DNA from: an uncultured Actinomycetota bacterium | GTDB taxonomy: Bacteria; Actinomycetota; Actinomycetes; Actinomycetales; CAWJMD01 | DNA length: 64,000 nt | Reading direction: 5' to 3' | NCBI GenBank assembly: GCA_963843835.1 | Contig: CAWJMD010000004.1 | Span: 73,526 to 137,525 of the forward strand | In this document: in pieces, positions 36,721 through 47,000 of the stretch | Layout of the letters: the number at the start of each line of letters is the position of its first letter | Numbering within the stretch: position 1 is the first letter of the stretch | Translations under genes and position numbers: made by a program | The notes under the pieces: generated by a model | What the model was told of the DNA's origin: nothing | The model's input: only the letters and a program-made list of their open reading frames with translations | The model's database searches: none

Positions 36721-37875
36721 TCACGCCGTCACTGTTGCTGCCGCGGGGGTGCGTCGGTTCAGGTCGCTCACGACGTACGCGGCATCGTGCCCGGCGCCAC
36801 CGATCAGCATGGACCGGAACGACGACTGGAAGCACAGCCCGGTGAAGTACAGGCCCGGGTGGTCCCGGACGACGCCGCGGTCCTCGAGCGGCCAGCCGTC
36901 GTCACCGATGACCGGCAGGTCGATCCACGAGTAGTCGTGCCGGAAGCCGGTGCACCAGATCACGGATGCGACCTCGACGACCCGGTCCTCGCCCAGCACG
37001 GGACGGCCGTCGCGGACGCCGGTGACCCGGTCGGTGACCCGCTCCACGCCGGCCCCGGCGAGGTCGCTGCGCTTGACCCGGAGCAGGGGCGCGCCGTGGC
37101 TCCGTGCGTGTCCCCGCGCGCGGCGGCCGGCAGGAGTGCTGAGCGACAACACGTGCCCCCACACGAACCACAGCACCGGGAACAGCGCCCGCATGGCCGC
37201 TCCTTCCAGGCGGGGCGGGATCTGCCCGGTGTCTCGTCCGCACAGGATCGTGGGATGGGTCTTCGCGACCTCGTAGGCGATGTCGCCGCCGGAGTGGGAG
37301 GCCCCGACCACGAGCACCGGGCCGTCCGGCAGCTGGTCGGGCGAGCGGTACTGCGCTGAGTGGAACTGCGGGATCGTCGGGTCCAGCTCGCCCGCGAACC
37401 CAGGCACCTCCGGTGCACCGCCGAACGTGCCGGTGGCGACGACCACGTTGTCGGCCACGACGATGCGGTCGCCGCAGTCGACTTCGTACCTGCCGCTTTC
37501 TCGACGCAGCCTGCGGACCCGGGTGCCGTGACGGACCGGGAGCGAGAACGTGCGCTCGTAGCTCTCCAGGAAGTCAGCCACCTCGTCCTTTCCGGGGAAG
37601 TGGTGGGGCGAAGCCGGGAAGTCCATGCCCGGCAACCCGTCCCGCGCTGCCGGGCTGTAGAGGCGCAGCGACTCCCAGTGGGCCCGCCACGAGTCCCCCG
37701 TGCGGGCGTTGGCGTCGAGGATGACGAACTCGCGGCCGGCCTGACGCAGGTGGTACCCAGCGCTCAGCCCAGCCTGGCCGCCACCGATGACGACGGTGTC
37801 GAAGTGCTCCCGTGGTCCCTTCCGGGGTCGGTCCCCGCTCGTGCGGGCGCTGGTCGTGTTGTCGAGCGTGGTCAT
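36721..37875 (-). CDS. FAD/NAD(P)-dependent flavin-containing monooxygenase (CzcO-like)
   Basis: VVIGGGQAGLSAG (GxGxxG), FPGKDEVADF (FMO-like motif), second dinucleotide site VLVVGASHSGGDIA, C-terminal LYFTGL. GGAGG upstream of ATG 37875. Confidence 0.8.
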   Translation of the reverse strand: MTTLDNTTSARTSGDRPRKGPREHFDTVVIGGGQAGLSAGYHLRQAGREFVILDANARTGDSWRAHWESLRLYSPAARDGLPGMDFPASPHHFPGKDEVADFLESYERTFSLPVRHGTRVRRLRRESGRYEVDCGDRIVVADNVVVATGTFGGAPEVPGFAGELDPTIPQFHSAQYRSPDQLPDGPVLVVGASHSGGDIAYEVAKTHPTILCGRDTGQIPPRLEGAAMRALFPVLWFVWGHVLSLSTPAGRRARGHARSHGAPLLRVKRSDLAGAGVERVTDRVTGVRDGRPVLGEDRVVEVASVIWCTGFRHDYSWIDLPVIGDDGWPLEDRGVVRDHPGLYFTGLCFQSSFRSMLIGGAGHDAAYVVSDLNRRTPAAATVTA

Positions 37876-38008
37876 GATGGCCTCCGAGAGTGTCGATCGG
37901 GTGCCTTGACGCTAGGAAGCGGAGGACCGCCCGCGCGTCCGGAGAACGACCCATCACCGCGTCCGGCGGATGGGTAGTTCTGTGCAGTCGGGGTTCCCGG
38001 CTGGGGAC

Positions 38009-39673
38009 TCAGATCAGGTCGTGCTCGAACGCGTAGGCCGTCGCGGCAGCTCGCGAGCCGACAGCGAGCTTCGCGAAGATGTTGCTGAGGTGCCGAGCGA
38101 CCGTCTTCTCGCTCAGCACGAGATCGCGGGCGATGACCCGGTTGGTACGGCCGGTCGCGACCGCGCGGAGCACCTCCAGCTCGCGGGGGGTCAGTGAGGT
38201 GTCGGCCCCGGCGGACGGCCCGCTGCCAGGTGGGGCGTCCGCGGAGAACGAGCCGGCTCGCTCCGCCCGGGCAAGGTCCGGCGCGGCCCCCAGGTCGTCG
38301 AAGACCCCTGCCGCGGCGGCGATCTCCAGCCGCGCGGTGTCCTCGTCGCCGAGCGCCCGGCAGGCCAGTCCGAGCAGGAGCCTGGTGCGGCCCAGGTCGT
38401 AGGGCGCGTCGAGGTCGCGCCACTCCGTGGCGGCCCGGCGCAGAGCCCCGAGGGCTTCCCCGGCCTTGCTGTCCGCCAGCAGCACCGCACCCTGCGCCTG
38501 CTTCGCCATCGCACGGAGAAGGGCTGTGTCGTGCTGGGCGGCGGTCGCAGCCATCGCGTCGGCTGTCTCCCGGGCTTCAGCGAGCTCCCCCGCGGCCAGG
38601 GCGATCTCGACGCGGGCGGCCTCCAGGTGGGCCCGGCCGCGCCACGAGGCGTGCTCGGTGACCGCCCGGCGGACGGCCGCGAGCGCCGTCTCGACGTCGC
38701 CCTGGTCCAGCCGGAGCAGGGCCAGTCCGGGCTGCACGTCGTGGCCGTAGCGGGACGATGCGGCGTAGGCCCGCTCCGCGGGTCCGTGCTCGCCGCGGAG
38801 CCGATGCATCTCGCCGAGCTCGTAGAGCGCCATGCCCACGGCGGGCTGGCCCGGGGGTTCCGACAGCCGAGCCTGGGCGAGGTCGATCTGCTCCACCGCC
38901 TCCGGCCAGGCGCCGTGGAGCCGGAGCACCTGCGCGCGGTGGACGAGGCACTGCCCGCGGAACGGGACCAGACCGGGCTGGGCGTCGCACCAGCCGCTGA
39001 GCACCCGGGTCCACTCCGCAGCGCGACGTACCTCGTAGGTCTCCTGGCAGGCGATGATCACCGCGCAGTAGACCAGCCCGGTGACCAAGGCGGAGGTCTC
39101 GCCACTGGCGACGTCGACCATGACGCCGTCGAGCGTCCGCAGTCCCTCCTCGACGTCCCCGATCGTGAGCAGCGCCTGGCCGGTGCCGAGCCCACCCAGC
39201 GCGGTGAGCTCAGGATGCAGGTGGCGTCGTCCGATCTCGCGGGCGGCGCGGAACCGGGGAAGGGCTGCCTCGCCGTCGCGGGCCATGAGTCGCTCGAGCG
39301 CCGGGGGCAGCATCAACAGGCCGTGGACCGCGCACTCCTGAGCCTCGCCGAGGGTCTGCTCGGCGCGGGCGAGCCAGCCGCCCCCGCGGGCCCTCTCGCC
39401 GCGGTTCATCAGGCTGAAGCCCGCCCAGAAGGCCGCCTCCGCCGCGGCCTCGGCCCGCCCGTCCCTGCTGTGCAGGTGGAAGGCCGCCTCGAAGTGCCGC
39501 ACGCACTCCTCGTCGTGCCCGGTGAGGTAGGCGGCGCGGGCGAACCGGTCCAGGTCGTCGGCGTCGAGCCGGCCGGCTCCGTCCTCGGCTCGCACGAAGC
39601 CGGCGTACGCCTCGGCCCACCGGCGGTTGTCGTACGCCGTCCGCGCCTCGTCCAGGACCTCGCCGCTACCCAT
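38009..39673 (-). CDS. LuxR-family regulator with long TPR-like helical N-domain
   Basis: C-terminal HTH LTPRELEVLRAVATGRTNRVIARDLVLSEKTVARHLSNIFAKLAV. Start taken as ATG 39673 (GGAGGCGG upstream). The track ORF extends to 39766. Confidence 0.8.
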   Translation of the reverse strand: MGSGEVLDEARTAYDNRRWAEAYAGFVRAEDGAGRLDADDLDRFARAAYLTGHDEECVRHFEAAFHLHSRDGRAEAAAEAAFWAGFSLMNRGERARGGGWLARAEQTLGEAQECAVHGLLMLPPALERLMARDGEAALPRFRAAREIGRRHLHPELTALGGLGTGQALLTIGDVEEGLRTLDGVMVDVASGETSALVTGLVYCAVIIACQETYEVRRAAEWTRVLSGWCDAQPGLVPFRGQCLVHRAQVLRLHGAWPEAVEQIDLAQARLSEPPGQPAVGMALYELGEMHRLRGEHGPAERAYAASSRYGHDVQPGLALLRLDQGDVETALAAVRRAVTEHASWRGRAHLEAARVEIALAAGELAEARETADAMAATAAQHDTALLRAMAKQAQGAVLLADSKAGEALGALRRAATEWRDLDAPYDLGRTRLLLGLACRALGDEDTARLEIAAAAGVFDDLGAAPDLARAERAGSFSADAPPGSGPSAGADTSLTPRELEVLRAVATGRTNRVIARDLVLSEKTVARHLSNIFAKLAVGSRAAATAYAFEHDLI

Positions 39674-39713
39674 CGCCGCCTCCACCTGGTCGGTGCGGTG
39701 GACACGTCCGACC

Positions 39714-40821
39714 CTAGCGGCGCGACGGCTCCCGATCCCGCGGCTCGTGAGCTCTGCGGTTCGCATACGTCATGCCGAGCAGGTCGTGCACCTCTCTGAG
39801 GGTGTCGTCGGCGATCCGGCGTGCCCGGTCGTTGCCGGCGTCGAGGACGCGCTCGATGTAGGTGCGGTCGTCCGCCAGGGCGGCGCGGCGGCGGCGCAGC
39901 GGCCGCAGGAGCTCATTGACGGCCTCGGTGAGCATGCAGCTTGAGGCGTCCTGCGCCGGCGTCCCCGATCTCCTCGGCGAGGTGGTGCGGGTCGTCGCCG
40001 GTGGTCGCGGCGAGCAGGTCGAGCAGGTTGGCGACGGCAGGCCGGCCGAGCGGGTCGTAGCTGATGTGCCGCTCGCTGTCCGTGGGCGCGCGACGGATCA
40101 CTGTCGCGGTCTCGTCCTCGGTCGCCCGCAGGGCGATGCCGTTGCCCCGGGTCTTGCTCATCTTCAGGCCGTCGAGCCCGGCCAGCATCGGGGTGTCGGT
40201 GAGGAGTGCGTCCGGTTCGGGGAACAGCGGCCTCTGCGCGTAGCGCTCGTTGAAGCGGCGGGCGATGAGCCGGGTGGTCTCCAGGTGCGGGAGCTGGTCG
40301 AGGCCGACGGGGACCAGGTTCGCGTGGCAGAACAGGATGTCCGCTGCCTGGTGGACGGGGTAGGTCAGCATCAGGCCGGTGGGTGGACGGCCGGTGGCGT
40401 CGGCCTCGGCCTTGACGGTGGGATTGCGGTGCAGCTCGGCGTCGCTGACCAGGCTCAGGAACGGCAGCACCAGCTCGTTGAGCGCGGGGACCGCGCTGTG
40501 GGTGAAGACCGTCGACCGGTCCGGGTCGATGCCGGCGGCGAGGTAGTCGGCGACGACGCCGTGGACGGTGTCAGCCAGCTGGCGGCCCGCCTGCTGGTCG
40601 GTCATCACCTGGTAGTCGGCGATCAGCACGATCACCTCGACGCCGAGATCCTGCAGTCGAACTCGGTTGGCGAGAGTACCGAGGTAGTGGCCGATGTGGA
40701 GCGGCCCGGTCGGACGGTCGCCGGTGAGGACCCGGAATCGTCGTGGGTCCGCGAGGACCTCCTGGTGAAGGGTCGCGCTGCGCTCGAGTGCGGCCAGCTG
40801 CGACGGCGTGCGGTCGGACAT
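39714..40821 (-). pseudogene. trpS: auxiliary tryptophan--tRNA ligase with one frame break near 39934-39941
   Basis: N-part (39913..40821) has GDRPTGPLHIGHYLG (HIGH) and KMSKT. It ends ...AGRLKLHAHRGRQ*. The C-part (39714..39935) is MLTEAVNELLRPLRRRRAAL...EVHDLLGM in another frame. Deleting one base in aagctgCatgctc restores ...GRLKLMLTEAVNEL. Confidence 0.85.
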
Positions 40822-40877
40822 CGGTGGTCTCCTTGGGTGCGGAGGCCGACCTGTCGAAGCTGCCGAGGGGGGATGTT

Positions 40878-40910
40878 CCCGGAGGGCTGCCGCGAGAGGG
40901 CAGCCCCGGA
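40878..40910 (-). terminator. candidate attenuator hairpin in the trpS leader
   Basis: Minus strand ccggGGCTGCCctctcgcGGCAGCCctccgg, an 8-bp GC core plus a 4-bp outer stem, lying between the leader ORF and the trpS SD (AAGGAGA). Confidence 0.4.
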
Positions 40911-40919
40911 CGTCAGTGG

Positions 40920-40970
40920 TCAGGGTCGCCGTTCGGGCGACCACCGCCAGCTGAGCAGGACGCGGGACAT
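40920..40970 (-). CDS. candidate 16-aa Trp-containing leader peptide upstream of trpS
   Basis: atg tcc cgc gtc ctg ctc agc TGG cgg TGG tcg ccc gaa cgg cga ccc tga encodes MSRVLLSWRWSPERRP. Its 3' end overlaps hairpin ggtcgcc/ggcgacc (40924-40942). No strong SD is seen. Confidence 0.4.
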   Translation of the reverse strand: MSRVLLSWRWSPERRP

Positions 40971-41085
40971 GACCGAGATCGTGCCGCAGCCCCCGCGCCG
41001 ACCGCAAGCACGGCACGGGGGGTGGGCGCGCTCGCGATGAGCACGCCCACCACCCCTGCCTGGCGCCGGACGGCTGATCTCCCGC

Positions 41086-42469
41086 TCAGACGTCCAGCAC
41101 GCCCCCGATGGCGATGACTCCATCGGGGTCGTAGGTTCCGCCGGGCCTCGCGGAGCCGCTTCAACGTCTCCTCGGTGTAGGCCTCCGCCAGGCTCTCCGC
41201 CTCGAAGGAGAAGTTCGGCAGCCTGTGGCCGCCCACCCACGGAGCCATCGCGTCGATGATGGCCGCCGCGTCCTCCTCGACGGCGGGGATGCCGCCGATG
41301 CCGACGACGAGCAGCGAGTACGCCGCGTCACGTGAGGGGAAGGCGCTCTCGTGCGCACCTGGCCTGGCGATCGCCCCGCCCATCTGCCGGACCTCGACGA
41401 GCACCTGCGGAGAGCCGGAGCCCACGCCGGTACGCGCCAGCAGCGCCGCCGCCGCCTCGGCCGGGAAGCTGTGCAGGACGGTGGCCGCCTCGTGGGCCGG
41501 CATCGGGTCGAGCGGGTCCGTGTGCACCGAGTCGATCGCGGCGTAGGGCCGCGCCGACACGTCATCGAGCAGGATCGGTGCGGCGTTCGCGCATCCGGCG
41601 CGAACCACTGCTCGCCCTCGGCGTCGTCACCGGTCCACACGTAGCGGATCGACACGGAGAGCCTGTTCGCGAGCTGGGGCGGGACGCCCGGCATCTCAGG
41701 GAGCTGGAAGATGCGCGAACGACGTCGTCGCCAGCTCGGGCAGCCCGTCCGACCACTCCCGCCACGTCTCGATCACGGTGGCGGCGTGCTCGCCGTCGAA
41801 CCAGAGCGAGCCTCCGTAGAACGTCGGCTGGTGCACCAGGTCGAACTCGATGGCGGTGATGATGCCGAGCATGCCCTTGCCCCCGCGCAGGGCGAAGAAC
41901 AGCTCGGGGTGCTCCGTCGGCGTCGCGCGCCGCGCGACCCCGTCACCGGTGACGACCTCGATCGCCCGCACGCGGTCGATCGCCATCCCGTAGGTGCGTG
42001 CCATCGGGCCGAGTCCACCGCCGGTCGTGTAGCCGACGATGCCCACGTCCGTGATGGACCCCGACAGCGGTGCGAGGCCGTAGGGCGCGGCGGCCTCGAC
42101 GACCCGAAGCCACTTCACGCCGGCGCCGACCCGCGCCCACCCCTCGGGGTGCACGACGCACTCGTCGAGGCCGCGCGTCGTGACGAGGAGGTGCCCGACG
42201 AGCGACGGGATCGGCCCGTGGCCGGTCGCCTGCGGTGTGACCTGCAGGCTGTGGCGGCGTGCGAAGCGGACCGCCTCGACGACGTCCTGAGCGGTCGTCG
42301 CCGCCAGGACAGCGGCCGGGCTGACGTCGATCGCCAGGTTCCAGGGGGACACGAGGGCCTCGTAGTCGGCGTCGCCCCGGACGGCCAGGGTGCCCTGCGT
42401 GAGCATGTCGAGCTCGGCGAACAGGTCGGCGGACGGCGACTCGGTTCGGGGGAGGGAGACGATGGACAT
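41086..42469 (-). pseudogene. FAD-linked (BBE/GlcD-type) oxidase, broken into four frame segments
   Basis: Segments: MSIVSL...TSFAHLPAP* (41696..42469); MPGVPPQLANRLSVSIRYVWTGDDAEGEQWFAP (from 41694); APILLDDVSARPY...LKRLREARR (frame of 40913..41608); and the terminal YDPDGVIAIGGVLDV* ending 41086-88. It is a paralog of the intact neighbour. Confidence 0.8.
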
Positions 42470-42601
42470 GGTGTGGTGCCTCTCGATGGATCGCGGTGTG
42501 GTTACCGCTGCACCGTCCACCGAGGCCCTTGTCGATCACTTCCGTCCGACTCCCCCGTGGCTTGCGCCAGACTTCCGCGCCGCTTCCAGCACCCTCTGAG
42601 G

Positions 42602-44008
42602 TCAGCGGTCCTGTTGCTGCGGGAGGACGAACCGGCCGTGCGGGTCCGCGGCGGCGCGCACGGCCTGCAGTCGCTGCCAGGCCGAGGGAGACCAGCCGCG
42701 TGTGGCGTCGGCCTCGTCCTCGGTCATGGGGAGATAGCGCTGCGGCAGCGCCCACGGCGCGAGCCTGTCGAGGACGCGGTGGGCGTCATCACGCTGATCG
42801 GACCAGCGAGCCACGTCGTCGTCGATGCCGAGTACCAGCAGCAGGAACGACCCGTCGAGGTGGTCCAGTGCCCCCCCGCCTGGCGCAGGTCGGCCGAGTG
42901 CCCCTCCGAGATGGCGGATCTCGAGGTTGGCGAGCCTGGAGCCGGACCCTGGACCAGCGGTCTGCACGACGGCCTCGACCGCAGGGTCCGTCAGGTCCTC
43001 GAGCAGGATGCTGCTCACGTAGACCACCGTGGGCTCGGCGTCCTCGAGGTGGAGGTCAGCCAGTTCCGGCGCCGGCACGATGGCGAACGTATCGAGCTCG
43101 GGTCGCAGTGCCCGCAGGGGACCCAGAAGGTCCGCGGCTTCCCGGGGATCACCCAGCAGCGCGCCGTCCACGACGACGACCCGGCGTCCTCGGACGCCGT
43201 CCGGCAGCGTCGGGTCGTCGGGGACCCGCAGGATGCGGGCCACCGTCGTCGCCGACTCCGGCGCGGTTGTCGCCCACCGCGCCCAGGCCGACAGGACCTC
43301 ATCCGCACGGTGCCAGTCCCACACGAGCATCCCCGCGTACACGGTGGTGATCGGAAGCAGGCCGAACTCGACAGCGGTGACGACCCCGAAGCCGCCGCCT
43401 CCACCGCGAGCGGCCCAGAGGAGGTCCGCGTCTCGGGCCTGCGTGGCTCGGACGAACGTCCCGTCGGCAAGCACCACCTCGACGGCCGTGAGCGAGGTGC
43501 ACTGCAGGCCGTGGGGCCGCGAGTAGAAGCTGAGCCCACCGCCCAGGGAGGAGCCGACGACGCCGACGTCCGGACTCGACATGTGACGGCCGGCGAGGCC
43601 GAGGTCGCCGGCGGCACGGATGACATCCCCCCAGCGGACGCCGGCGCCGACGCGGGCGGTGCGCCGGGCGGCGTCGACGCGCAGCTCCGTCATGGCGGCG
43701 GTGCGCAGCAGGATGGCGTCGTGCAGGTCGCCGTGCACCGACATCGCCCCGTGCCCGGTCCCCTGGGGGAGCACCTGCAGGTCAAGCGCTTTCGCCATTC
43801 TCAGCACGTCGGCGACCTCGTCCGCGAACGCCGGGTAGGCCACAGCAGCGGGTCTGGCGAGCACTCCCAGGTTCCACGGGGTGCGGGCGTTCTCGTATCC
43901 CGCGTCACCGGGCAGGTAGACGGCTCCGCCACAGAGCCCTCGCAGCGCGTCGTGGCCGGCCGGGGCCGGCGGCGCCGGTGGGGCCGGCGAGGGCGTGGTG
44001 TCGGTCAC
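42602..44008 (-). CDS. FAD-linked (BBE/GlcD-type) oxidase, intact
   Basis: PCMH-type FAD-binding domain (LPQGTGHG, VGVVGSSLGGGLS, GGGGGFGVVTAVEF) and a C-terminal ...DPHGRF tail. GTG 44008 forms a GTGA overlap with the upstream regulator stop. Confidence 0.85.
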   Translation of the reverse strand: MTDTTPSPAPPAPPAPAGHDALRGLCGGAVYLPGDAGYENARTPWNLGVLARPAAVAYPAFADEVADVLRMAKALDLQVLPQGTGHGAMSVHGDLHDAILLRTAAMTELRVDAARRTARVGAGVRWGDVIRAAGDLGLAGRHMSSPDVGVVGSSLGGGLSFYSRPHGLQCTSLTAVEVVLADGTFVRATQARDADLLWAARGGGGGFGVVTAVEFGLLPITTVYAGMLVWDWHRADEVLSAWARWATTAPESATTVARILRVPDDPTLPDGVRGRRVVVVDGALLGDPREAADLLGPLRALRPELDTFAIVPAPELADLHLEDAEPTVVYVSSILLEDLTDPAVEAVVQTAGPGSGSRLANLEIRHLGGALGRPAPGGGALDHLDGSFLLLVLGIDDDVARWSDQRDDAHRVLDRLAPWALPQRYLPMTEDEADATRGWSPSAWQRLQAVRAAADPHGRFVLPQQQDR

Positions 44009-47000
44009 GTCGAGCTCCACGGTCGGGTGGCGGGCAGCGTCTCGGAAGGGACTTGCGTCTGACTTGCGTCCGGATCGATGTCGGGGCCAGGTTCCTCGAA
44101 GCCGTCCCCTCCGTCGCGCAGCAAGGCCTCGACGGTGCTGGGCGAGAGGAACATCCGCTGGGCGATCTGGTCCACGGCCAGGCCCTGTGCTGCGAGCGCG
44201 AGGACCTGACGGTGCCGAGCCCCCAGATTCGAGGGGGACGCGCACACGGCCGGCACCGCGACTCCGCGAGCGCCGAGGGCGTCGACTGCGACACGCTGGA
44301 CGCCGGCCGCCCCAGCCGTGCCGGCAAGGTCCAGCGCGCGCTGGAGGAGGGGGATGGCCTCTGCTGCCGGCGTCGTGGGCTCACGCCCCAGCGACAGGCA
44401 CGCGCGCGCCAGCTCCAGCGCCGAGTCGGTGCCCGACAGGAGGTCGACGGCCTCCCGGAGGTCCCTGCTCCGGGCCTCGGCGAGCTCGACGTCGTCTCGC
44501 GTCCGCAGGGTTGAGGACGAGGCCAGGGCACCCCTGGCACGCAGCGCCGCCCCGAGCTGGCTCGGCGCCCCCCAGCGCCGAAGCAGCGCCACCTCCTCGT
44601 CCGCCAGCGTCATGGCCTCGTCGACCCGGCCCAGGCGAGCGAGTGCCTTGGCCTTGAGCCGCCGCCAGGCGGACCACGCGGGGTTGGTGATGCCAGGGGG
44701 TGACACGACGGAGCCGACGGCCTCGAGGGCCTGCTCGGCCCGGCCGTAGGCCAGGAGCAGGCGGACCTCGGCCTCGCGGAGCAACCGGCTGCCTTCGCCG
44801 AGCTCGGGCAGACCCGCCGCGCCGCGCAGCAGGCGCTCGGCCTCGATCCGGTCGCCGCGGTCGAGGAGGACCCCGACGGCGAACGCGGTGGCGTAGGCGC
44901 GGGAGACGTCGGAGGTGCCCCACATCCGTTCCTGCTCCATCGCGTCCTGAATGGAGTGCAGGGCGTGGTCCAACTGCCCGCGGCGCCATTCGCAGTACCC
45001 GCGCCAGAGGTTGGTGGACAGCACCGCGAACAAGCTGCCGGTGCGCTGGGCGTGGCTCATCGCACGGTCCCAGAAGTCGCCCAGGTCGGCGTCGGACAGG
45101 ACGTGCACGATGGCGGCGGCGATCCAGAGCAGTCCGTTGTCCGCGACGAGGAGTGCGTCATCCTCCAACGCCGAGCGGGCCAGCCCCACGGCCTCGTCCC
45201 GGTGCTCACCGTCCAGCATCCGCTCGTAGGCCAGGGTCGCCGCGAGCATGCGTGACCCCACGCCGGACCCGGACACCGCCGGCTCACCCGACCGGTACCG
45301 CTCAGGCGCCAGGCCGTGCATGTGACCGGTGATCCGCTCCAGTGCCTGCAGTCCCTGACGGGCGTCGGCAAGGTCCTCGGGCAGGGCCTGCGCGGCGTCG
45401 CGGGCGAAGGCCGTGGCCACTCCGGGCGGAGAGGCGAACAGGTGCGCCCAGGTGATGACCAGGGCGACCTCGGCGCGCCGGCGGGGGTCGTCCAGTCCGT
45501 CGTAGGCCTCGGACAGGTGGGCGATGGCGGCCCTCCCGTCGACGAGTGCCTCCACCAGCCCGAGCTGGACGAGCAGATCGAGTCTCGTCCGGCCGAGAGC
45601 CGGCTCGTCGGCTGCGCGCCGCAGCAGGGTGACGGCGCTCTCCGTGGCGCCACAGGCTGCTGCGGTGGCGGCCGCTGAACGTAGCCACGACACCGTCGCC
45701 TCGTCGCCGCGACGCGGAGCCAGGAGGAGGTGCGTGGCCACGTGCTCCGGCGCCACCCCCCGGCGTCGCAGCACCTGCGCGGCCCGCTCGTGGTGCAGGG
45801 CCCGTTCGCTCGCGGGCTGGTCGTGGTAGACGGCGTCCCGCACTAGTGGGTGGACGAAGGCCGGTGGCTGCCGGTCGAGAAGGATCTCTGAGCGTGTGAG
45901 CCCGTCCAGCATGGCTGCCGCAGCCGGCTCGTCGAGCTCGGCGAAGGCCGCGATGGTCGGCAGGTCGGCGTGCTGACCGAGGACGGCGACCGCGCGGGCC
46001 ACCGCCGTGGCGTCGGGCGGCATGCGCCGAAGACGGAACATGACCAGGCTGGACACCGCGCGCGAACCGATCGCGCGCACCGTGTCGACGTGAGAGATGT
46101 CCGGGCGCACGCCGGCCGCGTCGAGCGCATGCAGCAGCTGGCGCAGCAGCAGCGGGTTGCCGGCCGTGGTCTCGTGGCACACGGCCACGAACCGCTCGGC
46201 AGGGTCACCGAGCCGCTCGGCCACCAGGGCGTGCGTCGCGCGACGCGACAGGGGAGTGGGGACGACGGTGACTGCATCGGGGTCCAGCGCGAGCTCCTGG
46301 AGCAGGGCCGCTTCCGGGTGCTCCTCGCCGGTGCGGATCGTGGCCACGAGCACGATCGGGAGGCCGTCCAGTCGTTTGCTGAGGTAGGCGAGGTACCGCA
46401 ACGACGCGGAGTCGCACCACTGGAGGTCGTCGACGGTGACGAGCAGGGGCGCCTCCGCGCTGAGGGCGGCGGTGAGCCGGAACAGCCCGTGCAGCACGGC
46501 GAAGCTGCCCTCGCTTCTCGGCCCGTCGGCCGGCTCGTCGAAGACGCCTCGAGCGGCCGGCGCCGTGCCCAGCAGGTGCTCACGGCGCTCCTCTTCCCCG
46601 AGCGCCGGTTCGAGGAGCTGGCGCACGACCCCGAAGCCGAACGCCTGCTCGAGCCGGCTGCAGCGTGCGGCGAGGACCGGCAGCGTCCGTCCGACGGCGA
46701 GCCCGGACACCGCACCGAGCAGGGCGGTCTTGCCGATGCCTGCCGGCCCGTGGATCAGCACGAGCCCACCGGATCCACCCCCCAGCGCGTCCAGCGCCGA
46801 CTCGAGCTGGCGCAGCTCGTCCTCTCGCTCCGACAGCTCCACCCGGGGAGCTGGCCGGACCGGTGCGCGCGTGTGCGGCGGGACGTCCGACGTCCTGCGG
46901 GCCGGGCGGTCACCGTTGCTGTCTGCGCCATCCAAGGACGGGGCCTGGGTCAGGACCTCCCGCTCGAGCGACCTCAGCGCCTGACCGGGATCCACCCCGA

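Noticed and set aside
40822-41085. T-box riboswitch upstream of trpS
   Set aside because: I could not see a T-box consensus or a specifier-loop arrangement. The leader-peptide model fits the sequence better.
44040-44110. Frameshift as the cause of the odd C-terminus of the SARP-LuxR regulator
   Set aside because: Translating the other two frames gives no LuxR-like continuation, so I could not support a frameshift. The oddity is kept as a finding only.
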